Assembly: GCA_963719225.1 (NCBI GenBank)
Contig: CAVRAY010000001.1
Location: forward strand, 2,208,001-2,272,000
Source of the DNA: Thermoanaerobaculia bacterium
Lineage (GTDB): Bacteria > Acidobacteriota > Thermoanaerobaculia > UBA5066
DNA length: 64,000 nt
Reading direction: 5' to 3'
In this document: in pieces, positions 35,934-45,315 of the stretch
How positions within the stretch are numbered: position 1 is the first letter of the stretch
Layout of the letters: each line of letters begins with the position of its first letter
Position numbers and translations under genes: made by a program
Notes under the pieces: model-generated
Told to the model about the DNA's origin: nothing
Seen by the model: only the letters and a program-made list of their open reading frames with translations
The model's database searches: none

Positions 35934-36634
35934 CGCGAGATCCGCTCGGTTCCGACGGGGGAAAAGCCGAAACGTCCGACGAGCGGGACATAGGCGACCT
36001 CGCCGGCGTCCTCCGCGCGCGTCCGCCCGTTCGGCAGCTTGCGGACGACGAGGAGCCTCTGGCGGGCGGCGGGACCCACCGGGATGACGAGCCGTCCGCC
36101 CGGCGCGAGCTGCGCGACGAACGGCTCCGGCACGTCCGGCGCGGCCGCCGCGACGACGATCGCGTCGTACGGAGCATGCTCGCTCCAGCCGTAAGAGCCG
36201 TCGAAGATCTTGATCGACACGTTCGCGATGCCGAGAGCCTTCAGGAGATGCACCGCTCCATTCCCCAGCGCCGCGATGCGCTCGAGCGAGAAGACCCAGC
36301 GGGCGAGGCGGGCGAGAACGGCGGCCTGGTAACCGGAGCCTGTTCCGATCTCGAGGACGCGCGAGGCCGGCGTCAGGGCCGCGAGCTCCGCCGTGCGCGC
36401 CACGTTCGCGGCCTGCGTGATCGTCTGTGCGTGGCCGATCGGCAGGGCGTGGTCGCCGTAGGCTTCGCCCCGCAGCGCAGCCGGAACGAAGAGGTGGCGC
36501 GGGACGGATCCCATCGCCTCCGCGACGCGCGGGTCCCGGCAGAGCCCGGCCGCCTTGAGTCGCTCCACGAGCGCCCGGCGGGCGCCCGCGCCGGCGCGCG
36601 CGGCGCGCTCCACGTCCCGGTCGGCCGGCTTCAC
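35930..36634 (-). CDS. pcm: Protein-L-isoaspartate O-methyltransferase
   Basis: VPRHLFV, LEIGTGSGYQ, APYDAI; next to surE. Confidence 0.92.
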   Translation of the reverse strand: MKPADRDVERAARAGAGARRALVERLKAAGLCRDPRVAEAMGSVPRHLFVPAALRGEAYGDHALPIGHAQTITQAANVARTAELAALTPASRVLEIGTGSGYQAAVLARLARWVFSLERIAALGNGAVHLLKALGIANVSIKIFDGSYGWSEHAPYDAIVVAAAAPDVPEPFVAQLAPGGRLVIPVGPAARQRLLVVRKLPNGRTRAEDAGEVAYVPLVGRFGFSPVGTERISR

Positions 36635-36643
36635 GTCATGATC

Positions 36644-37414
36644 CTAGCCCGCACGCTGCGAAGCGATCTTCTCGGCGAGACCCTCGAGATCGGCCAGCGC
36701 GCGGTAATCCGTCATGTCCATGTGCAGCGGCGTCACGGATACCCACCCTTCTGCCACGGCGAGGAGATCCGTTCCCTCGGCCTTCGTGTCCACGAAAGTC
36801 CCGCCGATCCAGTAGTAGGGGCGGCCGCGGGGGTCGATCTTCTCGACGATGTTCTCTCCGTAGCGCCGGCGTCCCATGCGCGTGGAACGAAAGCCCTTCG
36901 GCTTTCCCGCCGGAACGTTGACGTTCCACAAGGTGTCCGCCGCGGGCGGATGGTCCTTCGCCCACGAGATGATCTCGGCCGCGGCCTTCTCGGCCTCCGT
37001 GAAGTCGATCGCGCCGACCGCGTCCCGCGCGTAGTCCAGCGAGAACGCGATCGAGGGAACCCCGAGCAGCGTGCCCTCGAACGCGCACGCCACGGTTCCG
37101 GAATACGTCACGTCGTCGCCGAGGTTCGGCCCGGCGTTCACGCCCGCGAACACGAAGTCGGGCGGATTCGCCTTCAGGACCGAGCAGAGGGCGATGTTGA
37201 CCGAGTCCGTGGGCGTTCCGTCGACGACCCAGGTCCTCTCGCCGGTCTTCAGCACCCGAAGGGGGCGGTGCATCGTGAGCGAGTGCGCCGACGCGCTCTG
37301 CTCGCGGTCGGGAGCCACGATGTACGTCTCGAACCCGGCCCCGCGCGCGGCGCGCTCGAGCGCGGCGATGCCCGGGCTGTGGACCCCGTCGTCGTTGGAG
37401 ATGAGAGCCCTCAC
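36644..37414 (-). CDS. surE: 5'/3'-nucleotidase SurE
   Basis: SNDDG, GTPTD, G.NLG..V.YSGT. Confidence 0.95.
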   Translation of the reverse strand: MRALISNDDGVHSPGIAALERAARGAGFETYIVAPDREQSASAHSLTMHRPLRVLKTGERTWVVDGTPTDSVNIALCSVLKANPPDFVFAGVNAGPNLGDDVTYSGTVACAFEGTLLGVPSIAFSLDYARDAVGAIDFTEAEKAAAEIISWAKDHPPAADTLWNVNVPAGKPKGFRSTRMGRRRYGENIVEKIDPRGRPYYWIGGTFVDTKAEGTDLLAVAEGWVSVTPLHMDMTDYRALADLEGLAEKIASQRAG

Positions 37415-37833
37415 CCGGGCCCCGTGTAGACGACCTTGTTCCGCTCGGTCTCGTGCAGCTCCACGCGGACGAGCCTGCCGGGAGCGAAGGCGGGTTGGAG
37501 CACGTCCCAGATGCGGATCGCGATGTTCTCCGCGGTCGGATTCACCCCCGCGAGGAACGGGACGTCCACGTTCAGGTTCTTCCGGTCGCAGGCCCTCACG
37601 ACGCGCTCGTTCACGACGCGTTTCACCACGCCGAAGTCCATCACCCAGCCCGTCAACGGATCGACCGGCCCCTCCACCGTGACGTCGAGCCCGTAGGTGT
37701 GCCCGTGAGAGTGCGGGTTGTTGCACTTGTCGAAGACGCGGCGGTTCCACTCGGCGTCCTTGGAATCGTTGTGCAGCCTGTGCGCCGCCGAGAAATGCGC
37801 GCGCGTCGTGATGCGCACGGACGGTTCGCTCAC
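37411..37833 (-). CDS. queD: 6-carboxytetrahydropterin synthase / PTPS family
   Basis: FSAAHRL, C...HGHTY, PTAEN, ET. Confidence 0.85.
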   Translation of the reverse strand: MSEPSVRITTRAHFSAAHRLHNDSKDAEWNRRVFDKCNNPHSHGHTYGLDVTVEGPVDPLTGWVMDFGVVKRVVNERVVRACDRKNLNVDVPFLAGVNPTAENIAIRIWDVLQPAFAPGRLVRVELHETERNKVVYTGPG

Positions 37834-38234
37834 CGTGCCCACCTCCGTCGCGCGTTCTCCCAGAGCGAGAGACGGCGGAAGAGCTCGATGGGCGTCGTCT
37901 CGACGTAGACCGTCTGGGAGTACGCGATGCTCCGCGCCCTCTGCCCTTCCCGGCAGGCGTGCTCGGCGGCCTCCGTGGGCGTGCACGGCTTGAAGTCGAA
38001 CACCGGGGTTCCGTCAATCACGTCGCCGACCATGACGGCGAGGGCCGTCACCCCGAGAAGAGTCAGGCAGGACGTCAGCTCCGCCTTCCCCGTCGCGTGG
38101 CTCGCGATCTCGGCCTCGCCGCCGGCGGCTTCGAACCCCGCGGGAACGAACCAGCGCACGGAGAACGCGAGCGGATCCCCGCCGTACCCGCTCCTCAGGT
38201 AGATTCGCTGCGCGTTCTCGGGAGCGGGTCGCAT
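37830..38234 (-). CDS. Hypothetical protein
   Basis: 134-aa ORF whose stop overlaps the queD start (GTGA). Confidence 0.6.
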   Translation of the reverse strand: MRPAPENAQRIYLRSGYGGDPLAFSVRWFVPAGFEAAGGEAEIASHATGKAELTSCLTLLGVTALAVMVGDVIDGTPVFDFKPCTPTEAAEHACREGQRARSIAYSQTVYVETTPIELFRRLSLWENARRRWAR

Positions 38235-38318
38235 AGGGGCGAGTTTAGAGAAGTCTGCCGCCGTCCGCACGGGAGCCCGAGGGCATGAAGTAGCCTTGCC
38301 AAAGTCGGAGAGCCGGTC

Positions 38319-39680
38319 GTGACAGCCCTGAGACTCTTCCGCAGCAGCCGCGTCGTCACGCCCGGGGGCGTCGAGCCGGCGTCCGTTCGCGTGCGGGACG
38401 GCGTCATCATCGCCGTCGGCGGCCACGAGGCGGCGCCGGACGGTGCGGACGTCCACGACTTCGCGGACGCGGTCCTGATGCCGGGAGTCGTCGACAGCCA
38501 CGTCCACGTCAACGAGCCCGGCCGCACGGAGTGGGAAGGCTTCGAGACGGCGACCCGCGCCGCGGCGGCGGGCGGCGTCACGACCATCGGCGACATGCCG
38601 CTGAACAGCGTTCCGGCCACGACGAACGCGGACGCGGTGGCGGTGAAATCCGGCGCCGCCAACGGCAAGGCGGCGGTCGATTACGTCCTCTGGGGCGGTC
38701 TCGTGCCCGCGAACGCGCGGCGGCCGGAGGTGCTCGACGCCCTCCTTTCGGCCGGCGTTCCGGGATGCAAGTGCTTTCTCGTCCCCTCCGGTGTCGACGA
38801 ATTCCCGAACGTCACGGCGGCCGACCTCGAGGCGGCGATGCCCCGCCTCGCGCAGAGAGGCTCGGTCCTCCTCGTTCACGCCGAGCTGCCGGGGCCCATC
38901 GAAGCCGCCTCCGCGTCCGGAGATCCGCGTTCTCATGCGACGTGGCTCGCCTCCCGCCCGCGCGCTTCCGAGAACGAGGCCGTGGCCCTCATGATCGACC
39001 TCGCCGAGCGCACCGGCTGCCGCGTCCACATCGTCCACCTGTCCTCGGCCGACGCCCTCTCTGCGTTGCGCGCGGCACGCCGCCGCGGGGTTCCGGTCAC
39101 GGTGGAAACGTGCCCTCACTACCTGACGTTCGCCGCGGAGGAGATCGGCGACGGCCGGACGGAATTCAAGTGCGCGCCGCCGATCCGCGAGCGCGAGAAC
39201 CGCGAGCGCCTCTGGGAAGGCCTGCGAGACGGCACGATCGACATGGTGGTCTCCGACCACTCGCCGTGCGCCCCCGAGCTGAAGGCGCGGGAAAGCGGGG
39301 ACTACCTCGCGGCCTGGGGCGGCATCTCGTCTCTTCAGCTCGCGCTGCCCGCTCTCTGGACCGCGGCGCGCGCGCGGAGCTTCACGCTTTCCGACGTCGC
39401 CGAATGGATGTGCCGCCGCCCCGCGTCGCTTCTCGGCCTCGAAAACCGAAGGGGATCGATCGCGCCGGGCCGCGATGCGGACTTCGTCGTTTGGTATCCT
39501 GAACGCGAGTTTTCCGTGGAACCCGCTCTCCTTCGCCACCGGCACACGGTGACGCCCTATGCGGGGCGCGCCCTTTTCGGCGTCGTCGAGAGAACCTTCC
39601 TTCGTGGAGAGGTCGCGTTCGACCGCGGCACGTTCGCCGGCACTCCGTCCGGGCGTTGGCTCCGGCCCGGCCGGCCCTGA
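38319..39680 (+). CDS. allB: Allantoinase
   Basis: HVHVNEPGRTEWEGF, KCF, HAE, ETCPHYL, SDHSP, WGGIS. Confidence 0.93.
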   Translation: MTALRLFRSSRVVTPGGVEPASVRVRDGVIIAVGGHEAAPDGADVHDFADAVLMPGVVDSHVHVNEPGRTEWEGFETATRAAAAGGVTTIGDMPLNSVPATTNADAVAVKSGAANGKAAVDYVLWGGLVPANARRPEVLDALLSAGVPGCKCFLVPSGVDEFPNVTAADLEAAMPRLAQRGSVLLVHAELPGPIEAASASGDPRSHATWLASRPRASENEAVALMIDLAERTGCRVHIVHLSSADALSALRAARRRGVPVTVETCPHYLTFAAEEIGDGRTEFKCAPPIRERENRERLWEGLRDGTIDMVVSDHSPCAPELKARESGDYLAAWGGISSLQLALPALWTAARARSFTLSDVAEWMCRRPASLLGLENRRGSIAPGRDADFVVWYPEREFSVEPALLRHRHTVTPYAGRALFGVVERTFLRGEVAFDRGTFAGTPSGRWLRPGRP

Positions 39681-39681
39681 C

Positions 39682-41172
39682 GTGGCGCGTTTCACGGAGC
39701 TCGTCGACCTCGCTTCTTCGCGCGTCGGCGGAGCCGTCCTTTTCGCGAACGACGATTTCTTCGCGCCGAAGGAGAACCTCCTCGAGCCGGAAGCGCCCGT
39801 CTTCCTGCCCGACCGTTACACGGACCGCGGCAAGTGGATGGACGGCTGGGAGAGCCGGCGACGGCGCACGCCGGGCCACGATTTCTGCGTCGTCAGGCTC
39901 GGCCTGAGAGGCGTCGTCCATGGAGTGGACGTGGACACGAGCCACTTCACGGGCAACTTTCCGGAGGCGGCGTCGCTCGACGCGACCGACGCGCCGGAAG
40001 GGACGCCGCTCGAGGAGCTCGGGAGCGGAGACGTTCCCTGGATCGAGATCCTCCCCCGCTCGGCCCTCCGGGGAGACACCCGAAACCTGCTTCCCGTCTC
40101 GAGCCGAAGGCCGTTTTCACACGTGCGCCTCGCCATCCATCCCGACGGCGGCGTGGCGCGCCTTCGTGTGCACGGCGAAGTCGTGCCCGACTGGAAGACG
40201 CTCTCGGCCCGGAGAGAGGCCGTCGACCTCTGCGCGCTCGAAAACGGGGGGCTCGTTCTCGCTTCGAGCGACAGCTTCTTCGGCTCGCACCAGAGCCTCC
40301 TGATGCCGGGACCCGCTTCCGGAATGAAGGACGGGTGGGAGACGAAGCGTAGCCGCCGGCCGGGTTTCGACTGGGTCGTCGTCCGGCTCGGGACGCGGGG
40401 CAGCATCGCTCGCGCCGTCGTGGACACGAGTCACTTCAAAGGCAACTTCCCCGATCGCGCCTCGCTCGAGATCTGCGACGCTCCCCTGGCGACCGTCGAG
40501 ACGCTGGCCGATTCGAAAAGCGTCTGGCAGCCCGTGCTGCCGGAGACGCCGCTCGCCGCCGACACCGTGCACTCCTTCGAGAAGGAGCTCTTTCCGCACG
40601 CGCCGGGCACCCACGTTCGCCTGCGCATCTACCCCGACGGCGGCGTGAGCCGGCTGCGTCTCTACGGCGCCCCGCGGCTTCCAGAGGCGGTCGCGCGATT
40701 GAACGCCGCATCTCGCGAGGACGTCCTCACAAAGCTAGCCTCGTTCTGCGGGTCGCGGCGCTTTTCTTCGAAGGTGGAAGAAGGAAGACCCTATTGGAGT
40801 TACCTCGAGCTACTGCGGGCCGTCGATTCCGCCTTCGAAGAACTCCTCCCGGAGGACTGGCTCGAGGCGTTTCGCGCCCACCCCCGCATCGGCGACCGGG
40901 GCGCCGCGGGGAGCGCGGCGTCGGAGCAGGCCGCGGCGCTCGTGGCGGCGCCCGCGGTCCTCGAGCGCCTCCGACTCGCTAACGCGGAATACGAGAAGCG
41001 GTTCGGCCATCTTTTCATCGTCTGCGCCTCGGGCCGGCCGGCCGACGCGCTCCTCGCGAACCTCGAGGAGCGGCTCGCGAATCCTCCCCCGGTCGAGCTC
41101 GGAATCGCGGCGGAAGAACAGCGGAAGATCACGCGGCTGAGAGTCGAGAAGTTTCTCGCGGAGGGCGCATGA
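39682..41172 (+). CDS. alc: Allantoicase fused to OHCU decarboxylase
   Basis: Two allantoicase repeats (DGWE..R, PDGGV.RLR) plus C-terminal AHPRIG, SEQ, YE.RFG..FIVCA, EQ.KI..LR. Confidence 0.88.
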   Translation: MARFTELVDLASSRVGGAVLFANDDFFAPKENLLEPEAPVFLPDRYTDRGKWMDGWESRRRRTPGHDFCVVRLGLRGVVHGVDVDTSHFTGNFPEAASLDATDAPEGTPLEELGSGDVPWIEILPRSALRGDTRNLLPVSSRRPFSHVRLAIHPDGGVARLRVHGEVVPDWKTLSARREAVDLCALENGGLVLASSDSFFGSHQSLLMPGPASGMKDGWETKRSRRPGFDWVVVRLGTRGSIARAVVDTSHFKGNFPDRASLEICDAPLATVETLADSKSVWQPVLPETPLAADTVHSFEKELFPHAPGTHVRLRIYPDGGVSRLRLYGAPRLPEAVARLNAASREDVLTKLASFCGSRRFSSKVEEGRPYWSYLELLRAVDSAFEELLPEDWLEAFRAHPRIGDRGAAGSAASEQAAALVAAPAVLERLRLANAEYEKRFGHLFIVCASGRPADALLANLEERLANPPPVELGIAAEEQRKITRLRVEKFLAEGA

Positions 41173-41600
41173 GCCACACGCGTTCGCCGATCACCACGCA
41201 TGTCCTGGACCTCGCGACGGGGAGACCGAGACCGGGGATTCGGATTCTTCTTAGAGTGAAAGAGAGCGACCGCACGGGCGGGACGAAGAAGCGGGCAGGC
41301 GGGGCGGCGGGTGTCGGCGCGACCTGGCGCGAAATCGGCAGGGGCGTCACGGACGCCGACGGCCGCGTGGAGAATCTGCTTCCGGCCGCAGCACGAATCG
41401 AGCCGGGCACCTACTCCCTCACCTTCGACATCGGCGCGAAGCGCTCTCCCTCTTCCCCTTCTAAGAAATCCCCCTCTTCTTCTCTTTCTTCATTCTTTCC
41501 CGAAATCACCATCACGTTCGTGATCAGCGACCCCTCCGCGCATTACCACGTCCCGCTGCTGCTCTCGCCCTTCGGATACTCCACCTACCGGGGCAGCTGA
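41169..41600 (+). CDS. uraH: 5-hydroxyisourate hydrolase
   Basis: ITTHVLD, DGR, HYHVPLLLSPFGYSTYRGS. Confidence 0.93.
   Translation: MSHTRSPITTHVLDLATGRPRPGIRILLRVKESDRTGGTKKRAGGAAGVGATWREIGRGVTDADGRVENLLPAAARIEPGTYSLTFDIGAKRSPSSPSKKSPSSSLSSFFPEITITFVISDPSAHYHVPLLLSPFGYSTYRGS
41448..41471 (+). repeat. Dispersed motif copy (intragenic)
   Basis: CCCTCTTCCCCTTCTAAGAAATCC. Confidence 0.8.
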
Positions 41601-41601
41601 C

Positions 41602-42489
41602 GTGGATCCGAACGTCCACGAGTGGCTGCACCTGATGCTGCGCTGGGCGCACATCCTCGCCGGCATCATGTGGATCGGCGATTCCTTCCTCTTCATGTGG
41701 CTGGACCGGACGCTGCTCCCGCCCGACCCGCCGCGCGACGGCGTCACGGGCGAGCTGTTCCTCGTCCATGGGGGCGGCTATTACCAGGTGGAGCGACGCC
41801 TCTTCCAGCCCGGCCGAATGCCGTCCCTCCTGCACTGGTTCAAGTGGGAATCCCTCTCGACGTGGGCGACGGGGTTTCTCCTGCTCCTCCTCGTCTATTA
41901 CTACGGCGGCGGAATCCTCCTCGTCGACCCCTCCGTGTCGAGGATCTCCGTGCCCCTCGCGATGGCGCTCGGCCTGGCTCTGCTGCCCGTGTCGTGGCTC
42001 GTCTACGACGCGCTCTGGATCTCTCCCCTCGGGAAGAGCACGCCCCTCGCGGGGGTCGTCTCGGTCGGCCTCTTCTCGGGTCTCGCCTATTTCCTGACTC
42101 ACGTCTTCGGCTCCCGCGCCGCGTATCTCCATGCCGGAGCGATTCTCGGGACGATCATGGTGCTGAACGTGTGGGTGAGGATCCTGCCCGTGCAGCGGAG
42201 GATGCTGGCCGCCGTGCGGGCGGGACGGAGCGTCGATCCCGCGCCGGGCCTCGCCGCCAAGAAGCGCTCGACGCACAACACGTACATGACACTTCCCGTC
42301 GTCTTCACGATGGTGAGCAACCACTTCCCGACGACGTACGGCAGCCGCTGGAACTGGGCGGTGCTCGTGCTGCTGGCGCTCGCGGGCGGGGGAATCCGCC
42401 ACTTCATGCTCACGCGCTCGACGAAGACGGCGTGGCTCCTCGCCGCCGGAGCCGCGCTCACGGCCGCGGCGTTCGTCCTGACGCGGTAG
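41602..42489 (+). CDS. puuD: Urate oxidase PuuD membrane domain (no C-terminal cytochrome c)
   Basis: RWAH...GI.WIG.S, VHGGG.Y, LHWFKWE, RS.HN.Y.TLPV.F.M.SNH. Confidence 0.85.
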   Translation: MDPNVHEWLHLMLRWAHILAGIMWIGDSFLFMWLDRTLLPPDPPRDGVTGELFLVHGGGYYQVERRLFQPGRMPSLLHWFKWESLSTWATGFLLLLLVYYYGGGILLVDPSVSRISVPLAMALGLALLPVSWLVYDALWISPLGKSTPLAGVVSVGLFSGLAYFLTHVFGSRAAYLHAGAILGTIMVLNVWVRILPVQRRMLAAVRAGRSVDPAPGLAAKKRSTHNTYMTLPVVFTMVSNHFPTTYGSRWNWAVLVLLALAGGGIRHFMLTRSTKTAWLLAAGAALTAAAFVLTR

Positions 42490-42501
42490 AAGGCGAGAAC
42501 G

Positions 42502-42882
42502 CTACGCCAGCGCGAGGGGAACGTGCTTCGACATCAGCCCGAAGATCCTGTCCTCGGTCAGAAGAGTCGCCTGCAGATCGAGGGCGCACTGAGCGACGTG
42601 CGCGTCGGGCGTGGACACGGAAACACCCTTCGGGAGAAGCGACGCGCGCAGCTTTCCCACACGAAACCAGTGTTGGTGCTCCGTACCACACAACGGAAGG
42701 TCCGAGAGGAGATCTTCGAGCGCCGAACGGTCCGGGGCGCTGAGCCTCCCGCTGAGGAGCTCGGCCGCCACGACCGCGGGAAGAAACACGCGTCCTTCGG
42801 CCAGCGCGTCGTCGATCAGCGGCGAGCCGTGGCCCGCGAAATACGACACCCAGCTCGACGTGTCAATGACGAGGGCGCTCAC
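42502..42882 (-). CDS. vapC: VapC/PIN-domain toxin
   Basis: IDTS, AELLSG, DAHVA, L.TEDR.F. Confidence 0.88.
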   Translation of the reverse strand: MSALVIDTSSWVSYFAGHGSPLIDDALAEGRVFLPAVVAAELLSGRLSAPDRSALEDLLSDLPLCGTEHQHWFRVGKLRASLLPKGVSVSTPDAHVAQCALDLQATLLTEDRIFGLMSKHVPLALA

Positions 42883-43072
42883 GCGAAACCCTGAGGTCGA
42901 TCTTCAGGCGGAGACGGCCTTTGAGCCGGGCCGCCTTCCGGGCGGCCGCCGAGCGGCGAACGAGCTCCAGGCCGTCTACGAGCGTCTCCGTGATCCCTTT
43001 CCCGGTGGCGCGCCGTGCTTCGCTCAGAAGCAGGGCCGGGAGATTGGCGCTGATGCGGCGAGTGCTGTCCAT
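42863..43072 (-). CDS. Antitoxin (VapB/RHH-like)
   Basis: Small basic ORF upstream of and overlapping the PIN gene. Confidence 0.75.
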   Translation of the reverse strand: MDSTRRISANLPALLLSEARRATGKGITETLVDGLELVRRSAAARKAARLKGRLRLKIDLRVSRERPRH

Positions 43073-43103
43073 ACGCTCATACTAACGCTCGTCTATACCG
43101 CCG

Positions 43104-44315
43104 TCAACGGCCCGCCGTCCTGTTCTTCAGGATCTTCGCGAACGAGCCGCTGACGAGCTCCTCGGGAGAAAGGCCCGCCTGCTCGGCGTCCGACTCGCGG
43201 AACGCTCCGCAGTTTTTCCCTCGAAGGAAGAAATTCAGGAGGGCCTGGCCCGTGGCCGGATCGTCGAGGATGCCACCGGTGGTGGCGGTCGTGGCAGCTG
43301 CACCTTTCTCGAGAGCCGCCCGCAGACGCTCCTGCGCCGCCCTCTTACCTTCTAAGAAGAATCCGAAATTCGCTGCAAAACGCGAAGGCAGCTGGGCGGG
43401 GTGCAGATCCCAACCTTGATAGAAACCACCCTCGAGGGATCGACGGACGTCGGCATAGTGGACGCGCCACGCCGCATGAACGGCCGCGCGGTCGCCGACG
43501 GGCAGGACGTTCGTGGATCCGTCCGAAAGCATGATTCCCGTGCCCGCGAGCGAGACTTGCAGGACGTGCCTCGCGAAGTCGCACGCGGGGTGCCCCATGT
43601 GCTGGAAGGCGGCGGCGATCCCGAGGCTGGCGGTGTAGTCGTACGTCCCGAAATGCGCGCCGACGCAGCGTCCTCGCGCCGCGCGGACGAGCTCTGGCAG
43701 CGCGATGCGGCCATCCGGCGTGAAGATCGTCTGCGGCGTCTCGACCATGATCTCGAAACCGAGACTCCCGCCGGGAAGACCGAGACGTTTCTCGTGGCCG
43801 TCGAGGGCCTCCGCCAGGATCGCCGGCTGATCGGGCGACGTGATCTTCGGGAGCGTGACGACAAAGCCGGGCGGGAGGCTTCCGCGGCCTTCGGCCGCAA
43901 GCGTCGAGAGGAAGATCTCGAGAGTTCGGAGCGCCCGAGCCGCGCTTCGGTCTTCGAGAGGCTTGATTCGGATTCCATAGAAAGTGGAGAGAGAGCCCGC
44001 GGCTCGAGCGGCGGCCACCCCGCGGGCCACGGCCGCGGTGCACGCGTCCTCTTCGTCGTCCGTCCGGACTCCGTACCCGTCCTCGAAGTCGATCCGGTAG
44101 TCCTCGACGGGGTCTTCTCTCAGCTTTCCAAGAACTCTCTCGTGGATCTCTTCGAACCGTGGGGAAGGAGGGAGGCCGAGCGCCTCGGCGAAAGCCGTGC
44201 CCGTCGGCGCGTGCTTGCGGAGCGCGGCGAGAGCCGCCTCACCGAGCTCCTTCGCCGCATTTGCGCGGAAGAGGTGAGCGCCCTCATAGAAGGTGTGGAC
44301 GGGCTGGCGCTTCAT
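43104..44315 (-). CDS. HpcH/CitE-like TIM-barrel lyase (DUF6986-type)
   Basis: RQPVHT.Y, RIDFEDGYG, TLPK, EIMVET, HFGTYDY, QGWDLHPAQL. Confidence 0.75.
   Translation of the reverse strand: MKRQPVHTFYEGAHLFRANAAKELGEAALAALRKHAPTGTAFAEALGLPPSPRFEEIHERVLGKLREDPVEDYRIDFEDGYGVRTDDEEDACTAAVARGVAAARAAGSLSTFYGIRIKPLEDRSAARALRTLEIFLSTLAAEGRGSLPPGFVVTLPKITSPDQPAILAEALDGHEKRLGLPGGSLGFEIMVETPQTIFTPDGRIALPELVRAARGRCVGAHFGTYDYTASLGIAAAFQHMGHPACDFARHVLQVSLAGTGIMLSDGSTNVLPVGDRAAVHAAWRVHYADVRRSLEGGFYQGWDLHPAQLPSRFAANFGFFLEGKRAAQERLRAALEKGAAATTATTGGILDDPATGQALLNFFLRGKNCGAFRESDAEQAGLSPEELVSGSFAKILKNRTAGR
43340..43364 (+). repeat. Dispersed motif copy (intragenic)
   Basis: CCCTCTTACCTTCTAAGAAGAATCC. Confidence 0.8.
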
Positions 44316-44342
44316 GTCCGAATGCTAACCGCCGCGGGCGTG

Positions 44343-45302
44343 TCAGAAGAGGTACGTCAACCCGAGGCTCGCCACGAAGCGTTCCGTCTGCTCGCCGTAG
44401 AGAGCGCGAATGACGGGAATCTGGATCGCGGCGCGGCCCGCGAGGCCGCGGCCGAGATCGATCACGGCCCGCGGCGTGAGGTAGAGGACGTCGCCTCCGG
44501 TGTTCGGGTCGACGTCGCCCGCGCTCACGCGATCCTGCTGGGCGTGGCGGTAGTTCAACTCGACGACGGCGTCCAGAACGCTCGACACTTTCCGCTCGTA
44601 CGCCGCGTTCACGAGAGTCACGTTTCCGTATTGGTATCCGAACTCGTTCGTGCCGGTCGCCCGGTACTGGGCCGAAGCGAAGATGGCAGAGTCCATATCG
44701 ACGAAGGCCACTGTCGAGACGCCGCCGAAAACGTCCGTCGCGCCGGTTCCGGACTGGAGGTGCTCGTCGAGGCGGGTGCCGCCCGCCGCGAGACCGTTCT
44801 TCCCCCACGGCGTCTTCACGCCTCCCACCAGGGACACCCAGGCGCGCCGCCCAAGGCCGGGCTCGAAGGGCGTGGACCAGATGCGGACGAGGGCGTAGAG
44901 CTCGGGATCAGACAGGTCGCTCGTCCGGCTCGTCTCCGAGATTCCCGAGCGGACGTCGGTGGACGTGAGCCGCTTCCGGCTCCACGGCACGCGGGCGACG
45001 GCGACGACCTTTTCGCCGAACACGTACGAGAGGGTGGTGGTGTACCGGTTCTCGACCTCGGAGTCGAGGCCAGCGATCGCTTCGGTGCCGAGACGATGCC
45101 GGAAGGCGCGCAGATCCGCCGCGTCCGCCGCGATCGCGCTGTCCTTGTCGAAGCGGTCCCAGTCGAGGGCGAGCCGGAATTTCGCCGCGGCAAAAACGTT
45201 CGGACCGAGCGCGTTGAAGGTCACGTCGCCGCAGCGGCAGATGGAGCACGGCAGCGCGGGAGACGCCGCGAGGAAAAGGAAGAGGATCAGCCCTCGCCGC
45301 AC
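44343..45302 (-). CDS. Putative outer-membrane beta-barrel protein with N-terminal CxxCxC
   Basis: Signal peptide then CSICRCG; Q.GTG..D; C-terminal LTYLF. Confidence 0.65.
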   Translation of the reverse strand: MRRGLILFLFLAASPALPCSICRCGDVTFNALGPNVFAAAKFRLALDWDRFDKDSAIAADAADLRAFRHRLGTEAIAGLDSEVENRYTTTLSYVFGEKVVAVARVPWSRKRLTSTDVRSGISETSRTSDLSDPELYALVRIWSTPFEPGLGRRAWVSLVGGVKTPWGKNGLAAGGTRLDEHLQSGTGATDVFGGVSTVAFVDMDSAIFASAQYRATGTNEFGYQYGNVTLVNAAYERKVSSVLDAVVELNYRHAQQDRVSAGDVDPNTGGDVLYLTPRAVIDLGRGLAGRAAIQIPVIRALYGEQTERFVASLGLTYLF

Positions 45303-45315
45303 CGGCTGAAGTATC

